A stretch of DNA of 64,000 nt, from positions 419,042 to 483,041 of the forward strand of contig CAVQKV010000001.1 in assembly GCA_963713185.1 (NCBI GenBank). Direction: 5' to 3'. Shown one piece after another: positions 16,342 through 26,762 of the stretch. The stretch is from an uncultured Actinomycetes bacterium (GTDB lineage: Bacteria; Actinomycetota; UBA4738; HRBIN12). Below the pieces are notes generated by a model that made no database searches, had not been told where the DNA came from, and worked only from the letters and a program-made list of their open reading frames with translations. The translations under genes and the position numbers were made by a program. Position 1 is the stretch's first letter. Each line of letters starts with the position of its first letter.

Positions 16342-19254
16342 ATGGCCCCCTTCGATCCCGACCCCCGGCAGCGGGAGATCCTCGAGCATGCCGACGGAGC
16401 GATGCTCGTCTCCGGCGGCGCCGGGACCGGCAAGACCGCCTGCCTGCGCGAACGATTCGCCCGGCTCGTCGAGGGCGGCGCCGACCCCGATCGTGTCGCG
16501 TTGGTCGTCGGCTCGCGGCGCGCGAGGGACGAGGCCCGCCGCCTCCTGCTCGAACGCCTGCCGATGGCCCTTCCGACCCTCACCGTCGTCACCATCCACG
16601 GCCTCGCGTTCCACGTCGTCGGCGAGCGTTTCGAGCGACTCGGGTACGACGCGCCGCCGGGGGTGCTCTCTGCCTCCGAGCAGTTCGCGCGGGTGCGCGA
16701 GCTCCTGGACGGCGAGGACCCCGCGGACTGGCCGGTCTTCGGCCCCTTGCTGAAGCTCCGGGGGTTCGCCGACGAGGTCCGTCAGCTGGTGATCCGGGCG
16801 CAGGAGGCGCTCCGGTCGCCGGAGGAGATCTCTGGGCGGGCGGCGGAGCGGGGGCTCGCCGGCTGGGACGAGATCGCGGCGTTCCTACGCCGGTACCTCT
16901 CGGTGCTGGATGCGTCGGGAGAGGTCGACTTCGCGGGCCTGGTGGAGCAGGCCGCGGTCGCGGCCGCCGCCGGCGATCCGCCGTTCGACCACGTGATGGT
17001 GGACGATTACCAGGACACGACGTTCGCGGCCGAACGGTTCCTCGCCGAGATCCGCCCCCGCAGCTTCGTCGTGGCTGGGGACCTGGACGCGCACCTGTTC
17101 TCGTTCCAGGGGACGACCGACGAGCCGTTCCGCCGGTTCGCGGACCGCAACCCGGCGGCCGCCAGCGTCGAGCTCATCACCCGCCACCGCCCCGCACCCG
17201 AGAGCGTCGAGGCCTGGCGGGCCGGGCACGTGTCCGAGCAGCACGCGGCGGTCGCGCGCGAGCTGCGACGTCTCCACGTCGACGACGGCGTCGCATGGCG
17301 CGACCTCACGGTGGTCGTGCGACGATCCGGACCCCGCGTCGCGGGGCTGCTTCGGGCCCTCGACGACGCGCACGTCCCGCGCAGGATCGCCGAGGCCGGC
17401 TCCCCGGCGACGGTCCCCGCGACGCGACCGTTCGTGCTGGCCCTGCGGTGGCTCGTGGCCGGGCCGCAGGAGCGCGACGCGCTCATCGAACCGATCCTCA
17501 CGTCCGAGCTCGGTCGGCTCTCGCCGGCGTCGGTGCGCGCCCTCCTCCGGCTCGCGCGGGCGCAGGGTCGATCGCCCAGGGAGGCGCTCGACCTGCGGGA
17601 GGTCGCCGAACCGGAGGACGCGGAGGCGCTCGAGCGGCTCGCCGGCGTCCTCGCGCGGGCCGAGGCCGTTCGCGCCTCGGTGCTGGACGCCTTCCGCGTG
17701 CTCTGGCTCGAGCTGCCGTTCGCGGCCGACCTGGTCGAACGGGCAGAGACCGACCACCATGCGCTGGTCGACCTCGACGCGGTGGTCGAGCTCTCGGACG
17801 CCGTCGCGTCGGCGGGGGCCGCGGCGGATCCGTCGACCGAGGCCTTCCTGCTGTCGCTCGGCGCGGCGGAGGGCGCGCCGAGCCTGGCCGCCGGCGACGA
17901 CGGCGACCACGACGAGGTCCACGTGCTGACCGCGCACGCCGCGGCGGGTCGGGAGTTCGACACGGTCGTCGTCCTCGATGCGCTCGAGGGCGACTTCCCG
18001 AGCCTGTCCCGGCCGGAGACGATGTTCGACCTCGAGACGCTCGACGGCGTGAGCGCCCGTTCCGAGGTCAACCGGCGCCGCCTCGCCGAGGAGCGCCGGC
18101 TGTTCGCGATGGTGCGCTCGCGCGCGCGCCGCAGGGTCCTGTTGACGGCGACCGATCCGCACGGCGACGAGTCGGCCGTGACGCTCACCTCGCGGTTCGT
18201 CGAGGAGATGGGGCTCACCTGGCGAGACGTGCCGACGGCTCCGTTCGACGAGCCGGTGTCGGCCTTCGAGGCGGCCTCGGCGTGGCGGCGGCAGCTCGCC
18301 GACCCCCAGGCACCCCAGTCCGAACGCCTCTCCTGCCTCGAGGCGCTGCTCGCCCTCGGCGACGACCCGCGCAGGTGGTGGTTCCAGCGGGAGTGGACGG
18401 ACCTGTCCGCCGCGGCCGAGGACGTCCTGCACCTCTCGTACTCGCGGCTGTCCACGCTCGAGAACTGCGAGCTGCAGTTCGTGCTGTCGAGCGAGCTCGG
18501 GCTGGATCCCGGCGGCGGCTACCAGGCCTGGGTGGGCAAGCTCGTGCATTCGATCATCGAGGGCTGCGAGCGGGGCTCGGTCGACCGCACGCTGGAGGCG
18601 TTCGAGCGGGAGCTCGACGAGCGGTGGGAGCCGACGCGGTTCCCGTCGTACGCCATCTCGGAAGCCGAGCGCGCGAACGCGAAGGCGGTGCTCCTCGGCA
18701 ACTGGTTCGCTCGGTACGCGGAACCGATGGCGACCGCGACGGAGCGCGGGTTCGCGTTCGACTTCGAGGGCGCGAGGATCCGCGGCAAGATCGATCGTAT
18801 CGGCCCGGTGCCCGAGGGCGGAACACGGATCACCGACTACAAGACCGGACGTTCGGACAGCGCGCCGAAGCCCGCCGAGAGCCTCCAGCTCGGCATCTAC
18901 TACCTCGCGGTGAACGAGTGCGACGACCTGGCCGAGCATCGGCCGGTCCAGGCGGTCGAGCTCGCGTTCCTCGGAGGCAAGAAGGCCGATCCCGCCCTCG
19001 ACGTGAAGGCGTGGTCGGTCTCCGAGGACGTGGAGGAGGACTACAAGGAGCGGATGCGCGAACGGCTCGCCGAGCTGATCGCCAGGATCCGCGAGCTGAA
19101 CGAGCGGCGCCGGTACCTCGCGAACACGAGGGCGAACTGCTTCTTCTGTCGGTTCCAGACGCTCTGCACGCGGTACCCGCAGGGCGGTGCCGTGTTCCCG
19201 GTCCCCGGTCCGGTGCCGGCGCCGGCGCCGACCGAGGCCGTGTCCTCCCCATGA
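16342..19254 (+). CDS. adnA: AdnA-type helicase-nuclease subunit (UvrD-like motor + RecB-like nuclease with Cys cluster)
   Basis: Real part of ORF 14461..19254. Motifs: LVSGGAGTGKTACL, VMVDDYQD, TDYKTGRS, LQLGIYYLAV, CFFCRFQTLC. The stop overlaps the next start (ATGA). In-frame alternative starts are at 16312 (GTG) and 16273 (ATG). Confidence 0.85.
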   Translation: MAPFDPDPRQREILEHADGAMLVSGGAGTGKTACLRERFARLVEGGADPDRVALVVGSRRARDEARRLLLERLPMALPTLTVVTIHGLAFHVVGERFERLGYDAPPGVLSASEQFARVRELLDGEDPADWPVFGPLLKLRGFADEVRQLVIRAQEALRSPEEISGRAAERGLAGWDEIAAFLRRYLSVLDASGEVDFAGLVEQAAVAAAAGDPPFDHVMVDDYQDTTFAAERFLAEIRPRSFVVAGDLDAHLFSFQGTTDEPFRRFADRNPAAASVELITRHRPAPESVEAWRAGHVSEQHAAVARELRRLHVDDGVAWRDLTVVVRRSGPRVAGLLRALDDAHVPRRIAEAGSPATVPATRPFVLALRWLVAGPQERDALIEPILTSELGRLSPASVRALLRLARAQGRSPREALDLREVAEPEDAEALERLAGVLARAEAVRASVLDAFRVLWLELPFAADLVERAETDHHALVDLDAVVELSDAVASAGAAADPSTEAFLLSLGAAEGAPSLAAGDDGDHDEVHVLTAHAAAGREFDTVVVLDALEGDFPSLSRPETMFDLETLDGVSARSEVNRRRLAEERRLFAMVRSRARRRVLLTATDPHGDESAVTLTSRFVEEMGLTWRDVPTAPFDEPVSAFEAASAWRRQLADPQAPQSERLSCLEALLALGDDPRRWWFQREWTDLSAAAEDVLHLSYSRLSTLENCELQFVLSSELGLDPGGGYQAWVGKLVHSIIEGCERGSVDRTLEAFERELDERWEPTRFPSYAISEAERANAKAVLLGNWFARYAEPMATATERGFAFDFEGARIRGKIDRIGPVPEGGTRITDYKTGRSDSAPKPAESLQLGIYYLAVNECDDLAEHRPVQAVELAFLGGKKADPALDVKAWSVSEDVEEDYKERMRERLAELIARIRELNERRRYLANTRANCFFCRFQTLCTRYPQGGAVFPVPGPVPAPAPTEAVSSP

Positions 19255-22200
19255 CCGGGCGCTACCCCGAGCCGATCGTCGACTTCCTGCGCGGCGAGCC
19301 GACGCCGGAGCAGTGGACGGCGATCTCTTGGCCGCTCGAGCCGTGCGTCGTCGTGGCCGGGGCGGGGTCCGGGAAGACGTCGGTGATGGCGGCGCGCGTC
19401 ATCTACCTCGCGATGGTCGCCACCGGCGCGTGGCCGGCCGAGGACGCCGGCGTGATGCCCGGCAACGTGCTCTGCCTCACCTTCACGAACAAGGCGACGG
19501 AGAACCTGATCCTGAAGATGCGCCGGGCCCTGCGAACCCTCGACCTGGACGAGGGCGAGGAGCCCGAGATCTCGAACTACCACGCGTTCGCCGCCCAGGT
19601 GCTCGAGCGCCACGGGATGCTGATCGGGCTCGAACCCGGGCAGCGGGTGCTCAGCCAGGCGCAGCGCGCCCAGATCGCGGCGCGCGTGCTCGACCGGATG
19701 ACGTTCGAGACCCTGCACACGCGGTGGCAGCCGGCGATCGTGGGCTACATCCTCGGGCTCGACGAGCAGCTCCAGAACCACCTGGTCGAGCCGGAGACCG
19801 TGATCGAGCACGTGCAGGGCAAGCTCGACACCCTCCGCAAGGCCAGGTCCGCCGAGCCGCTGCTGGCCGCGCAGGAGCGGATCGAGATCGCGCGCGCCGT
19901 CCGCGGGTTCCGCGAGCTCAAGGCGGAGCTCGGCGTGATCGACTTCGGTGACCAGATCGCGCACGCCGTCCGCATCGCCTCGGCGCATCCCGACGTCGGC
20001 CGAGCGTACCGCGAACGGTTCGGCGCGGTGCTGTTGGACGAGTACCAGGACACCAACCACGCGCAGGCCGTGTTGATGCGCGCCGTGTTCGGGGACGGGC
20101 ATCCCGTCACGGCCGTCGGCGATCCCGACCAGAACATCTACGCGTGGCGCGGTGCGAGCCTGTGGAACCTCCTGAGGTTCCGCGAGGAGTTCCCGCTCAC
20201 GGACGGATCCGACGCCGCGCAGCTCCCGCTCTACACCAACTTCCGCTCGGGCGCGACGATCCTGCAGGCGGCCGATCGCGTGATCGACGCCCTGCCGGCG
20301 AACCAGCGCCCGGACCCCGACAAGCTCCTGCGTCCGTGGGAGCGCAACGGGCGGGGCCGGGTCGAGGTGGCTCGCTACGAGCACGAGGTGGCCGAGGCCG
20401 AGGGCATCGCCGAGCGGGCCCACGCGCTCCATGCGGACGGCGCGGCGTGGCGGGACATTGCGGTCCTGTGCCGGACCCACCGGCTGTTCGAGGCGCTGCA
20501 GCTCGCGTTCGCGTCGAAGGTGGTCCCCGCGGAGTTCGTGAACCTCGCCGGGCTGATCCACCTGCCCGAGGTGGTCGAGGTCCTCGCCTACGCGCGGGCG
20601 ACCGAGGACCCTCGCGACGGCGTGGCGCTCGCGCGGATCCTGACCGGCCCGAGGTACCGGGTGGGCCTGCGGGACCTCGGCGCGCTCGCGGGCTGGTCGA
20701 GGAAGGCAGGTGATGACCTGCGGAAGCTCCTCTCGAGCCTCGCGTTCGATGAGGACGACGACCTGTTCGAGGATCACCCCTTCCTCATGGCCGAGGCCTT
20801 GGAGGATCTGGATGGGGTCACCGGGCTCACCGAGGACGGCCGTGCTCGACTCGAGGAGTTCCGGATGGAGCTCGACGAGCTCCGCGCGGCGGCGCGCCGA
20901 CCGGTGGGCGAGTTCCTCGCGGAGATCATCCGGCGGACGGGACTGCTCGCCGAGCTCGATTCCGCCGCGGACCGACCGATGGCGCTCGCCCGTCGGAGGA
21001 ACCTCGCCGCGTTCCTCGAACAGGTCCATGCGTTCCAGCCGGTCGACGGCGACCTCACGCTCCGGGCGTTCCTCGAGCATCTCGACTCGATCGACGACGA
21101 CCGCGAATGGAACCCCGTCCAGCCGAGCGACGAGGACTCGGTGAAGGTCATGACCGTGCACGCGGCCAAGGGGCTCGAGTTCGAGGCCGTGTTCGTCCCG
21201 GGGCTGGCGAACGGCCTGTTCCCCGACGCACGCGTCCAACAGAACCCGGCCCGCAAGGGGAGCTCGCTCGACGTCGAGCTCCGCCGCGACCGCGACCTGC
21301 TGCCGCGGTTCGACGACAACATGAAGGCGTTCACGGACGCGCTGCGCGAGCAGGAGGTGGCGGAAGAGCGCCGAACCTGTTACGTGGCGCTGACCCGAGC
21401 CAAGCAGCATCTGTTCGTCTCGTCGGCCAACTGGTACGGCGAGAACCTGTTGGCCAAGGGTGTCGGGAGGTTCCTGGTCGAGCTCCTGAAGTGGGCGAGG
21501 CAGGCCGGAGCCGAGACCTGGCCCCCGGACGACCCCGACGCGGGCGACGGGGAGGGTGACCCGACCAACCCGCTCGAGGGGTACCGGCAGGGCTTCGTGC
21601 AGCCCTGGCCGGGACCGGCCCGACCGGACGACCGGGATGAGCTGTTCACCGAGGGTTGGCGAGGGGCGGCGGTCGCGGCCCATGAGCAGGGCCGCGTCCC
21701 GGCGGCGGCGCTCGCGGCGCTGTCACGGGATGAACGGGCGGCGTTCGAGGAGGCATCGGCGGCACGCCGTACGCTGGCCGCGCACCTGCGGGCCCAGGAG
21801 GCGGCCGTGGACGAACGACCCACACGTCCGACCACCGTCTCGGTCGGCGGGCTGATCGGCTACGCGCGCTGCCCGAAGCTCTACTACTGGTCCGCGGTCC
21901 GGCCGCTCCCGCGCTTCGCCGGGCCGAGTGCCCGGATCGGCACCGAGATCCACCGGTGGATCGAGATGAAGTCCCGCGGGCAGGCGACGCTGATCGAGAT
22001 GGACGACGAGCCCGACGTGACGATCGAGGAGCTCGCCGGTACACCCGGCGGCCAGGAGGACCTGCGGAACGCGTTCATGCGGAGCCGCTTCGGCGAGATG
22101 GTCCCCTTGTTCGCCGAGCGGCCCTTCCTGTTGCCGATCGAGGGCATCGCCGTCAAGGGGCGGATCGACGCGATCTACGGGCTGCCGGACGGACCCTGGG

Positions 22201-22523
22201 AGGTCGTGGACTGGAAGACCGGACAGGTGCCGCCCGACGACGATCCCCTCGCGCGCGTGCAGCTCGACCTGTACGCGCTCGCGTGCATCGAGGTGTGGCG
22301 CAAGAGGGCCGAGGACCTGAAGCTCACGTACTTCTACCTCAAGACCGGCGAGGAGCGTTCGCACGCGGTCGGCGACGTGGACGCCGTCCGCGAACGGATC
22401 GGCACGTGGCTCCGGGGCATCGGCACCGCCGCCTTCGACCCCACCCCGGGTCCTCAATGCCGGTTCTGCGATTTCCGCCCGTTCTGCGACGCCGGCACGG
22501 CCTGGGTCGGGGCCAACCCGTAG
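19251..22523 (+). CDS. adnB: AdnB-type helicase-nuclease subunit
   Basis: Real part of ORF 17295..22523. Motifs: VVAGAGSGKTSVM, LLDEYQDTN, VGDPDQNIYAWRGA, TVHAAKGLEFEAVFV, YVALTRAKQHL, VDWKTG, CRFCDFRPFC. Confidence 0.9.
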   Translation: MTGRYPEPIVDFLRGEPTPEQWTAISWPLEPCVVVAGAGSGKTSVMAARVIYLAMVATGAWPAEDAGVMPGNVLCLTFTNKATENLILKMRRALRTLDLDEGEEPEISNYHAFAAQVLERHGMLIGLEPGQRVLSQAQRAQIAARVLDRMTFETLHTRWQPAIVGYILGLDEQLQNHLVEPETVIEHVQGKLDTLRKARSAEPLLAAQERIEIARAVRGFRELKAELGVIDFGDQIAHAVRIASAHPDVGRAYRERFGAVLLDEYQDTNHAQAVLMRAVFGDGHPVTAVGDPDQNIYAWRGASLWNLLRFREEFPLTDGSDAAQLPLYTNFRSGATILQAADRVIDALPANQRPDPDKLLRPWERNGRGRVEVARYEHEVAEAEGIAERAHALHADGAAWRDIAVLCRTHRLFEALQLAFASKVVPAEFVNLAGLIHLPEVVEVLAYARATEDPRDGVALARILTGPRYRVGLRDLGALAGWSRKAGDDLRKLLSSLAFDEDDDLFEDHPFLMAEALEDLDGVTGLTEDGRARLEEFRMELDELRAAARRPVGEFLAEIIRRTGLLAELDSAADRPMALARRRNLAAFLEQVHAFQPVDGDLTLRAFLEHLDSIDDDREWNPVQPSDEDSVKVMTVHAAKGLEFEAVFVPGLANGLFPDARVQQNPARKGSSLDVELRRDRDLLPRFDDNMKAFTDALREQEVAEERRTCYVALTRAKQHLFVSSANWYGENLLAKGVGRFLVELLKWARQAGAETWPPDDPDAGDGEGDPTNPLEGYRQGFVQPWPGPARPDDRDELFTEGWRGAAVAAHEQGRVPAAALAALSRDERAAFEEASAARRTLAAHLRAQEAAVDERPTRPTTVSVGGLIGYARCPKLYYWSAVRPLPRFAGPSARIGTEIHRWIEMKSRGQATLIEMDDEPDVTIEELAGTPGGQEDLRNAFMRSRFGEMVPLFAERPFLLPIEGIAVKGRIDAIYGLPDGPWEVVDWKTGQVPPDDDPLARVQLDLYALACIEVWRKRAEDLKLTYFYLKTGEERSHAVGDVDAVRERIGTWLRGIGTAAFDPTPGPQCRFCDFRPFCDAGTAWVGANP

Positions 22524-22524
22524 G

Positions 22525-22878
22525 TCAGGACGAGGTCAGCCGGTCGATCTGCTCGTCGAAGGATCGGTAGGACGCGGCCGGGTCCCAGCCGCCGACGATC
22601 TCGGTCGCCACGAACCGGACCCGCAGACCGAGCGCCTGGGCGCGCGAGAGCAGCGCCGCCCGGAACCATCCCGACGAGCCGGGCTCGAGCAGCGACTCGC
22701 CGTGGGTTCCGGGGGCGCGGAGCGATGGATCGTCCACGACGATCGAGGTCGGCCGAAGGAGCCCCTCGAGCCCCTCGATGGACGGGTCCAGGACCTCGAG
22801 GGCCGGGCCACCCCGCGACCACGTCGCGATCGCGACGGTCGTGGCGGGGTCGTCGGGACGGTAGAGCTCGGCGCGCAC
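22525..22878 (-). CDS. Hypothetical protein
   Basis: ORF 22525..22929, trimmed to GTG 22878 to remove the overlap with the upstream gene. GC3 is very high and composition is non-junk. I recognised no family. Confidence 0.5.
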   Translation of the reverse strand: MRAELYRPDDPATTVAIATWSRGGPALEVLDPSIEGLEGLLRPTSIVVDDPSLRAPGTHGESLLEPGSSGWFRAALLSRAQALGLRVRFVATEIVGGWDPAASYRSFDEQIDRLTSS

Positions 22879-22882
22879 GCGC

Positions 22883-23305
22883 TCAGCCGGTGGAGGGGCG
22901 TTCGAGCCGTCGGAGCAGGGTGGCGGCATGCTTCAGCAACCCGACCGTCACGTGCGGCTCCGACCGGAGCAGCGCCTCGAAATCCCGACGCGAGAGCGCG
23001 AGCGTCGTCAGCTTGGTCTCGGCGACCACCGTCGCCGTGCGCGGACCCCCGTCCATCAGGGAGATCTCGCCGAAGAAGTCACCCGGGATCAGCCGCGAGA
23101 GCGTCCGCCCGTTGCGGTCCCTGACCTTCGCCTCCCCCTCGGTGATCACGTAGAAGGTGTCGCCGGGTTCACCCTGGCGAACGACGGCCGCCCCCTCCAT
23201 GAACCGCTGCTCGTCCATCTTGTCCGCGAGGCGCCTGAGGAAGCGCGACGGCATGCCGGTGAACAGCGGGACCTGTGCGAGCGCGTCTCGTGCGCGAGCG
23301 GCCAC
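22883..23305 (-). CDS. Stand-alone cyclic-nucleotide-binding domain protein
   Basis: Motifs: VPLFTGMP...GEPGDTFYVITEGEAKV...GDFFGEISLMDGGPRTATVVA (PBC-like). Confidence 0.85.
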   Translation of the reverse strand: MAARARDALAQVPLFTGMPSRFLRRLADKMDEQRFMEGAAVVRQGEPGDTFYVITEGEAKVRDRNGRTLSRLIPGDFFGEISLMDGGPRTATVVAETKLTTLALSRRDFEALLRSEPHVTVGLLKHAATLLRRLERPSTG

Positions 23306-23424
23306 GTTCGGCTCCCCTCCTGTTGGGCGCCCTCGGAGCTTCGGGAGCGCAGCCTACCCCCACCGCACGGGGCTGTCGAAGCCGCCGACGCCGGCGTGTC
23401 GGCGGGTGGCGCTACGGTTCGTCG

Positions 23425-24057
23425 GTGGGGGTTGCGCTCGACCGGACGGAGGGCGGCGTGACCCGCCGGATCCCCCACGGCGAGGTCATCGTGCGGCAGG
23501 GCGACGCCGTGACCAGCCTGTACCTCGTGAGCGCCGGCGCCGTCCGGCTGTCGGCGGTCACCGTTTCCGGACGCGAGGTCGTGGTGGGCTTGCTCTGCCA
23601 GGGCGACCTGTTCGGCGAGTCGGCGCTCCTCGGCCATCCCTCGCAGGTCCGCGCGCAGGCGGTCGGATCCACCACCTTGCTCGCCCTGCCGATCCCGTCC
23701 CTGCGAGCGATCCTCGAACGCAACCCGCGCACGGCCGAGGAGCTGCTGCGCCTGGTCGCCGCCCGCCTGCACCGGACGTCGGCGGCCCTCGAGGACGCCC
23801 TCTCGGCCGACGTGCCGACCCGGGTGGCGGGTCGCCTTCGAGACCTCGCGATCCACCACGGCGTTCCAAGCCCAGCCGGCGTCCGGCTGCGGGTCCCCCT
23901 CACCCAGGACGAGCTCGCGCGGATGGTGGGAGCGTCACGCGAGTCCGTGAACCGGACCGTGGGGGCGCTCGCGGCGCGTGGGGTGGTCCGTTCGAGCGGG
24001 CGGCGCCTCGTGATCACGGACCCGGGCGCACTGGAACTCCGGGCCTCGCTCGGCTGA
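23425..24057 (+). CDS. Crp/Fnr-family transcriptional regulator
   Basis: Real part of ORF 23275..24057. cNMP domain (GDAVTSLYLVSAGAVRL...GDLFGESALLG) plus C-terminal HTH (LTQDELARMVGASRESVNRTVGAL). The start is GTG 23425 or 23458. Confidence 0.85.
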   Translation: MGVALDRTEGGVTRRIPHGEVIVRQGDAVTSLYLVSAGAVRLSAVTVSGREVVVGLLCQGDLFGESALLGHPSQVRAQAVGSTTLLALPIPSLRAILERNPRTAEELLRLVAARLHRTSAALEDALSADVPTRVAGRLRDLAIHHGVPSPAGVRLRVPLTQDELARMVGASRESVNRTVGALAARGVVRSSGRRLVITDPGALELRASLG

Positions 24058-24072
24058 CGCCCTGGGTCAGGC

Positions 24073-24930
24073 CTACTCCTGGAGGACCGCGACCGTGCAC
24101 GAACCGCAGAGCCGCACCCGTCCGCGTACGGGCCGGCCGCACCGCTCGCACGACCGCGGATCGATCTTCGACCAGCGCACGACGCCGGCCTTGGTTCGCT
24201 TCTCGGCCCGGCCCTCGATCTGGAGCTTGAGCAGGTGGGCCAGGACCGACCGAGCGGCGAGCTCGTGCACCTCGGGCGACTGGTCGCCGTAGATCTCGGG
24301 GACCAGCTCCTCCGGCGTGCGCCACCCCTCGCCGAGCGCCGACAGGACCTGTCCCTCGCGCATCGCCCGGTGTTCCAGGTACTCGTCCAGCTTGGCGACC
24401 GCGCGGAGCACCACCGGACCGTGGCCCGGGTAGATCGTCCTCGGCGAGAGGTCGCGGAGCTTGCGCAGCGAGCGCAGGTACGCGGCCAGATCGCCCTCGG
24501 GAGGATCGATGACGCTGGTCCCACGGCCGAGCACGGCGTCGCCCGTGAACAGCGAGCCCGACGGCGGAGCGAAGAACGCCACGTGGTCCGGGGTGTGCCC
24601 GGGCGCCGCCACGACCGACAACGCGGTCGTCCCGGCCGACACCCGATCGCCGTCGCGGATCCGCTCCATCCCCTCGCCGGGTCGCGCCGCGAACACGGGC
24701 GCACCGGTCGCGGCCGCGAGCGGGAGCGCGCCCGGCGCGTGGTCCGCGTGATCGTGGCTGAGGACGATCGCCCCGACCACCCCGGCCGTCCGGGCGATCT
24801 CGCCGAGGTGGCCCTCGTGATCCGGACCCGGGTCCACGACGATCGCGGGAGCATCCCCGACGATCCAGGTGTTCGTCCCCTCGAGCTCGCGCACGCCCGG
24901 GTTCGGCGCGAGGACGCGGATCACGCGCAT
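24073..24930 (-). CDS. MBL-fold metallo-hydrolase with C-terminal Cys4 ribbon
   Basis: Last 285 codons of ORF 24073..26727, from ATG 24930. Motifs: LSHDHADHAPG, PGHTPDH, CERCGRPVRGRVRLCGSC. Confidence 0.9.
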   Translation of the reverse strand: MRVIRVLAPNPGVRELEGTNTWIVGDAPAIVVDPGPDHEGHLGEIARTAGVVGAIVLSHDHADHAPGALPLAAATGAPVFAARPGEGMERIRDGDRVSAGTTALSVVAAPGHTPDHVAFFAPPSGSLFTGDAVLGRGTSVIDPPEGDLAAYLRSLRKLRDLSPRTIYPGHGPVVLRAVAKLDEYLEHRAMREGQVLSALGEGWRTPEELVPEIYGDQSPEVHELAARSVLAHLLKLQIEGRAEKRTKAGVVRWSKIDPRSCERCGRPVRGRVRLCGSCTVAVLQE

Positions 24931-24935
24931 CGCGG

Positions 24936-25580
24936 TCAGTCCTGCCAGAAGGTCGACCGCGGGAGCCGCTCGAGCTCGTCGTCGTCGGGCTCGCGCGTCT
25001 CGATCCGAAGCCCGAGGAGGTCGTCGACCGAGGCGCACGCGGCGAGCTCGTTCACCGTGAAGAAGGTCGGCCAGTACAGGTGCCGGCGTCCGTCGGTCCA
25101 GTCCTCGAGCAGGCGACGGGGCGACATCCACCATGCATCCGAGGTCTCCCCGCCGTCGGGGACGGGTTCGAGCCCCGCCGGCGCGCGGACCGCGAAGTAG
25201 CGGGCGTCGAAGCGCACCGGCACGCTCGGCGGCGCGATCCAGTGCGCGATCTGGGTCAACTGCTCGGTCGAGGGCGGGGCCGCGTCCACGGCCTCGATGG
25301 TCGCACCAGGAACGAGGCCCGCGTCCGTGAGGACGAGCGACACCTCCTCGACGAGCTCCCGGACCGCACAGGCACGACGCGCCTCCGCCGGCGTGCCGAA
25401 CCACCGCCGGGCGAGCTCCCGATCCTCCTCGTCGGTCGACCCGCCGGGGAAGGCGACGTACCCGGGGAGGAACCGGCTCGACGCGCCTCGCTCGAGGACC
25501 AGCACCTCGAGCCCGTCGTCTCCCTCGCGCGCGACGACCGCCGACGCGGCCTCGCGGATCTCCTCGTCCACGGACGGCAT
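24936..25580 (-). CDS. NUDIX hydrolase
   Basis: ORF 24936..25592. Nudix box GGSTDEEDRELARRWFGTPAEARRACAVRELVEEV. The start is ATG 25580 or GTG 25592. Confidence 0.8.
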   Translation of the reverse strand: MPSVDEEIREAASAVVAREGDDGLEVLVLERGASSRFLPGYVAFPGGSTDEEDRELARRWFGTPAEARRACAVRELVEEVSLVLTDAGLVPGATIEAVDAAPPSTEQLTQIAHWIAPPSVPVRFDARYFAVRAPAGLEPVPDGGETSDAWWMSPRRLLEDWTDGRRHLYWPTFFTVNELAACASVDDLLGLRIETREPDDDELERLPRSTFWQD

Positions 25581-25656
25581 CCTCGCACGCACCCGGTTGC
25601 ACCGACATCCGCGGGACGGCCGGGAGCGAGGGCCGCGAGGTCGCTAGGCTTGCGGC

Positions 25657-26751
25657 GTGAGCGACGAGGTGGCCGAGCGCGTGCGCGCGGCGATCGCGGA
25701 TCACGGCCCGATCGGGTTCGACGAGTTCATGGAGCTCGCCCTGTACGGACCGGGCGGCTTCTTCGAGACGCCCCCGGTGGGCGCCGAGCGCCATTTCGTG
25801 ACCGCCCCGCACGTGCACCCGTTCGTCTTCGCCCACTGCCTGCGCGACGCGCTGCTCGACGCGTGGTTCGCGCTCGGTGAGATCGACCCGCTGCCGGTCG
25901 TCGAGCTCGGACCGGGGGACGGGACGCTCGCCGACGCGCTGCGCTCGGCCTTCGCCGAGCTCCCCGCGCCCCGCCCCGCCTACACGGGGGTGGAGATCGG
26001 CGCGGGCGCGCGAGACGAGCTCGCTGCCCGGGGCCTGGCGACGGCGTCGGGGCTCGCGGGGCTGGAGCCGTTCGAAGGGGTCGTCGTCGCGAACGAGGTC
26101 CTCGACAACCTCCCCTTCGTCCCGGTCCGGGGGCGCCCCCGGGGTCCGGTCGAGGTCCGGATCGGGCTCGACGCCGGGGGGCTCGTCGAGGTCGAGGTGC
26201 CGTGGTCGAACGGCTCGGTCCCGCCGCCCCCGCTGCGACCCGGCGAGGAGACGACGCTGCCGGTCGGGACGTTCGCGATGCTCGAGGAGCTCGCCCGCGT
26301 CCTGCGTCGCGGCTACGTCGTGATGATCGACTACGGCAGCGTGGATGGACCCGCCGGACCGGTCCACGGGTACCGCGAGCATCGGCCGGTCGCCGACGTC
26401 CTGGCCGACCCCGGCGGCAGCGACGTCACCGCGGGGGTCGACCTCGCGATGGTGGCCGAACGCGCTCGCGCCCTCGGACTGCTGCCTTTCGCGCCGGTGA
26501 CCCAGGCGGAGGCGCTCGCCGAGCTCGGACACGACCGGTGGCAGCGGACGATGCGCGAGATGCAGTCCGACCTGCAAGCGGCGGGTCGAGGCGCCGAGGC
26601 CTTCCGCGTCTGGGAGGCTCGGAGCCGGGCGAGCCTGCTCGCGGACCCGTCGGGACTCGGAGCCTTCTGGTGGCTCGTGCTCGGGACCGCCGGGCTGCCC
26701 GAACCCGCCTGGCTGCAACGTACCCATGCGCCCGCCGACCCCGTGCGATAG
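25657..26751 (+). CDS. MidA/NDUFAF7-like SAM-dependent methyltransferase (DUF185)
   Basis: Motifs: FDEFMELALYGPGGFF...HFVTAPHVHPFVF...VVELGPGDGTLA...VVANEVLDNLP. Confidence 0.8.
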   Translation: MSDEVAERVRAAIADHGPIGFDEFMELALYGPGGFFETPPVGAERHFVTAPHVHPFVFAHCLRDALLDAWFALGEIDPLPVVELGPGDGTLADALRSAFAELPAPRPAYTGVEIGAGARDELAARGLATASGLAGLEPFEGVVVANEVLDNLPFVPVRGRPRGPVEVRIGLDAGGLVEVEVPWSNGSVPPPPLRPGEETTLPVGTFAMLEELARVLRRGYVVMIDYGSVDGPAGPVHGYREHRPVADVLADPGGSDVTAGVDLAMVAERARALGLLPFAPVTQAEALAELGHDRWQRTMREMQSDLQAAGRGAEAFRVWEARSRASLLADPSGLGAFWWLVLGTAGLPEPAWLQRTHAPADPVR

Positions 26752-26762
26752 GTTCGACGCCG

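Noticed and set aside
14461-22523. Giant plus-strand ORFs of 1597 aa (14461..19254) and 1742 aa (17295..22523).
   Set aside because: Only the distal parts are real (adnA from 16342, adnB from 19251). The upstream halves are Arg-rich read-through over other genes in the absence of stops.
23306-23424. Crp-type TGTGA-n6-TCACA operator in the crp / cNMP-binding-protein divergent region and upstream of whiB (33644..33761).
   Set aside because: No acceptable match to the palindrome was seen by eye in either region.
24073-26727. An 884-aa minus-strand ORF.
   Set aside because: Only the last 285 codons (MBL hydrolase, from ATG 24930) look like protein. The rest is antisense to the NUDIX and MidA-like genes.
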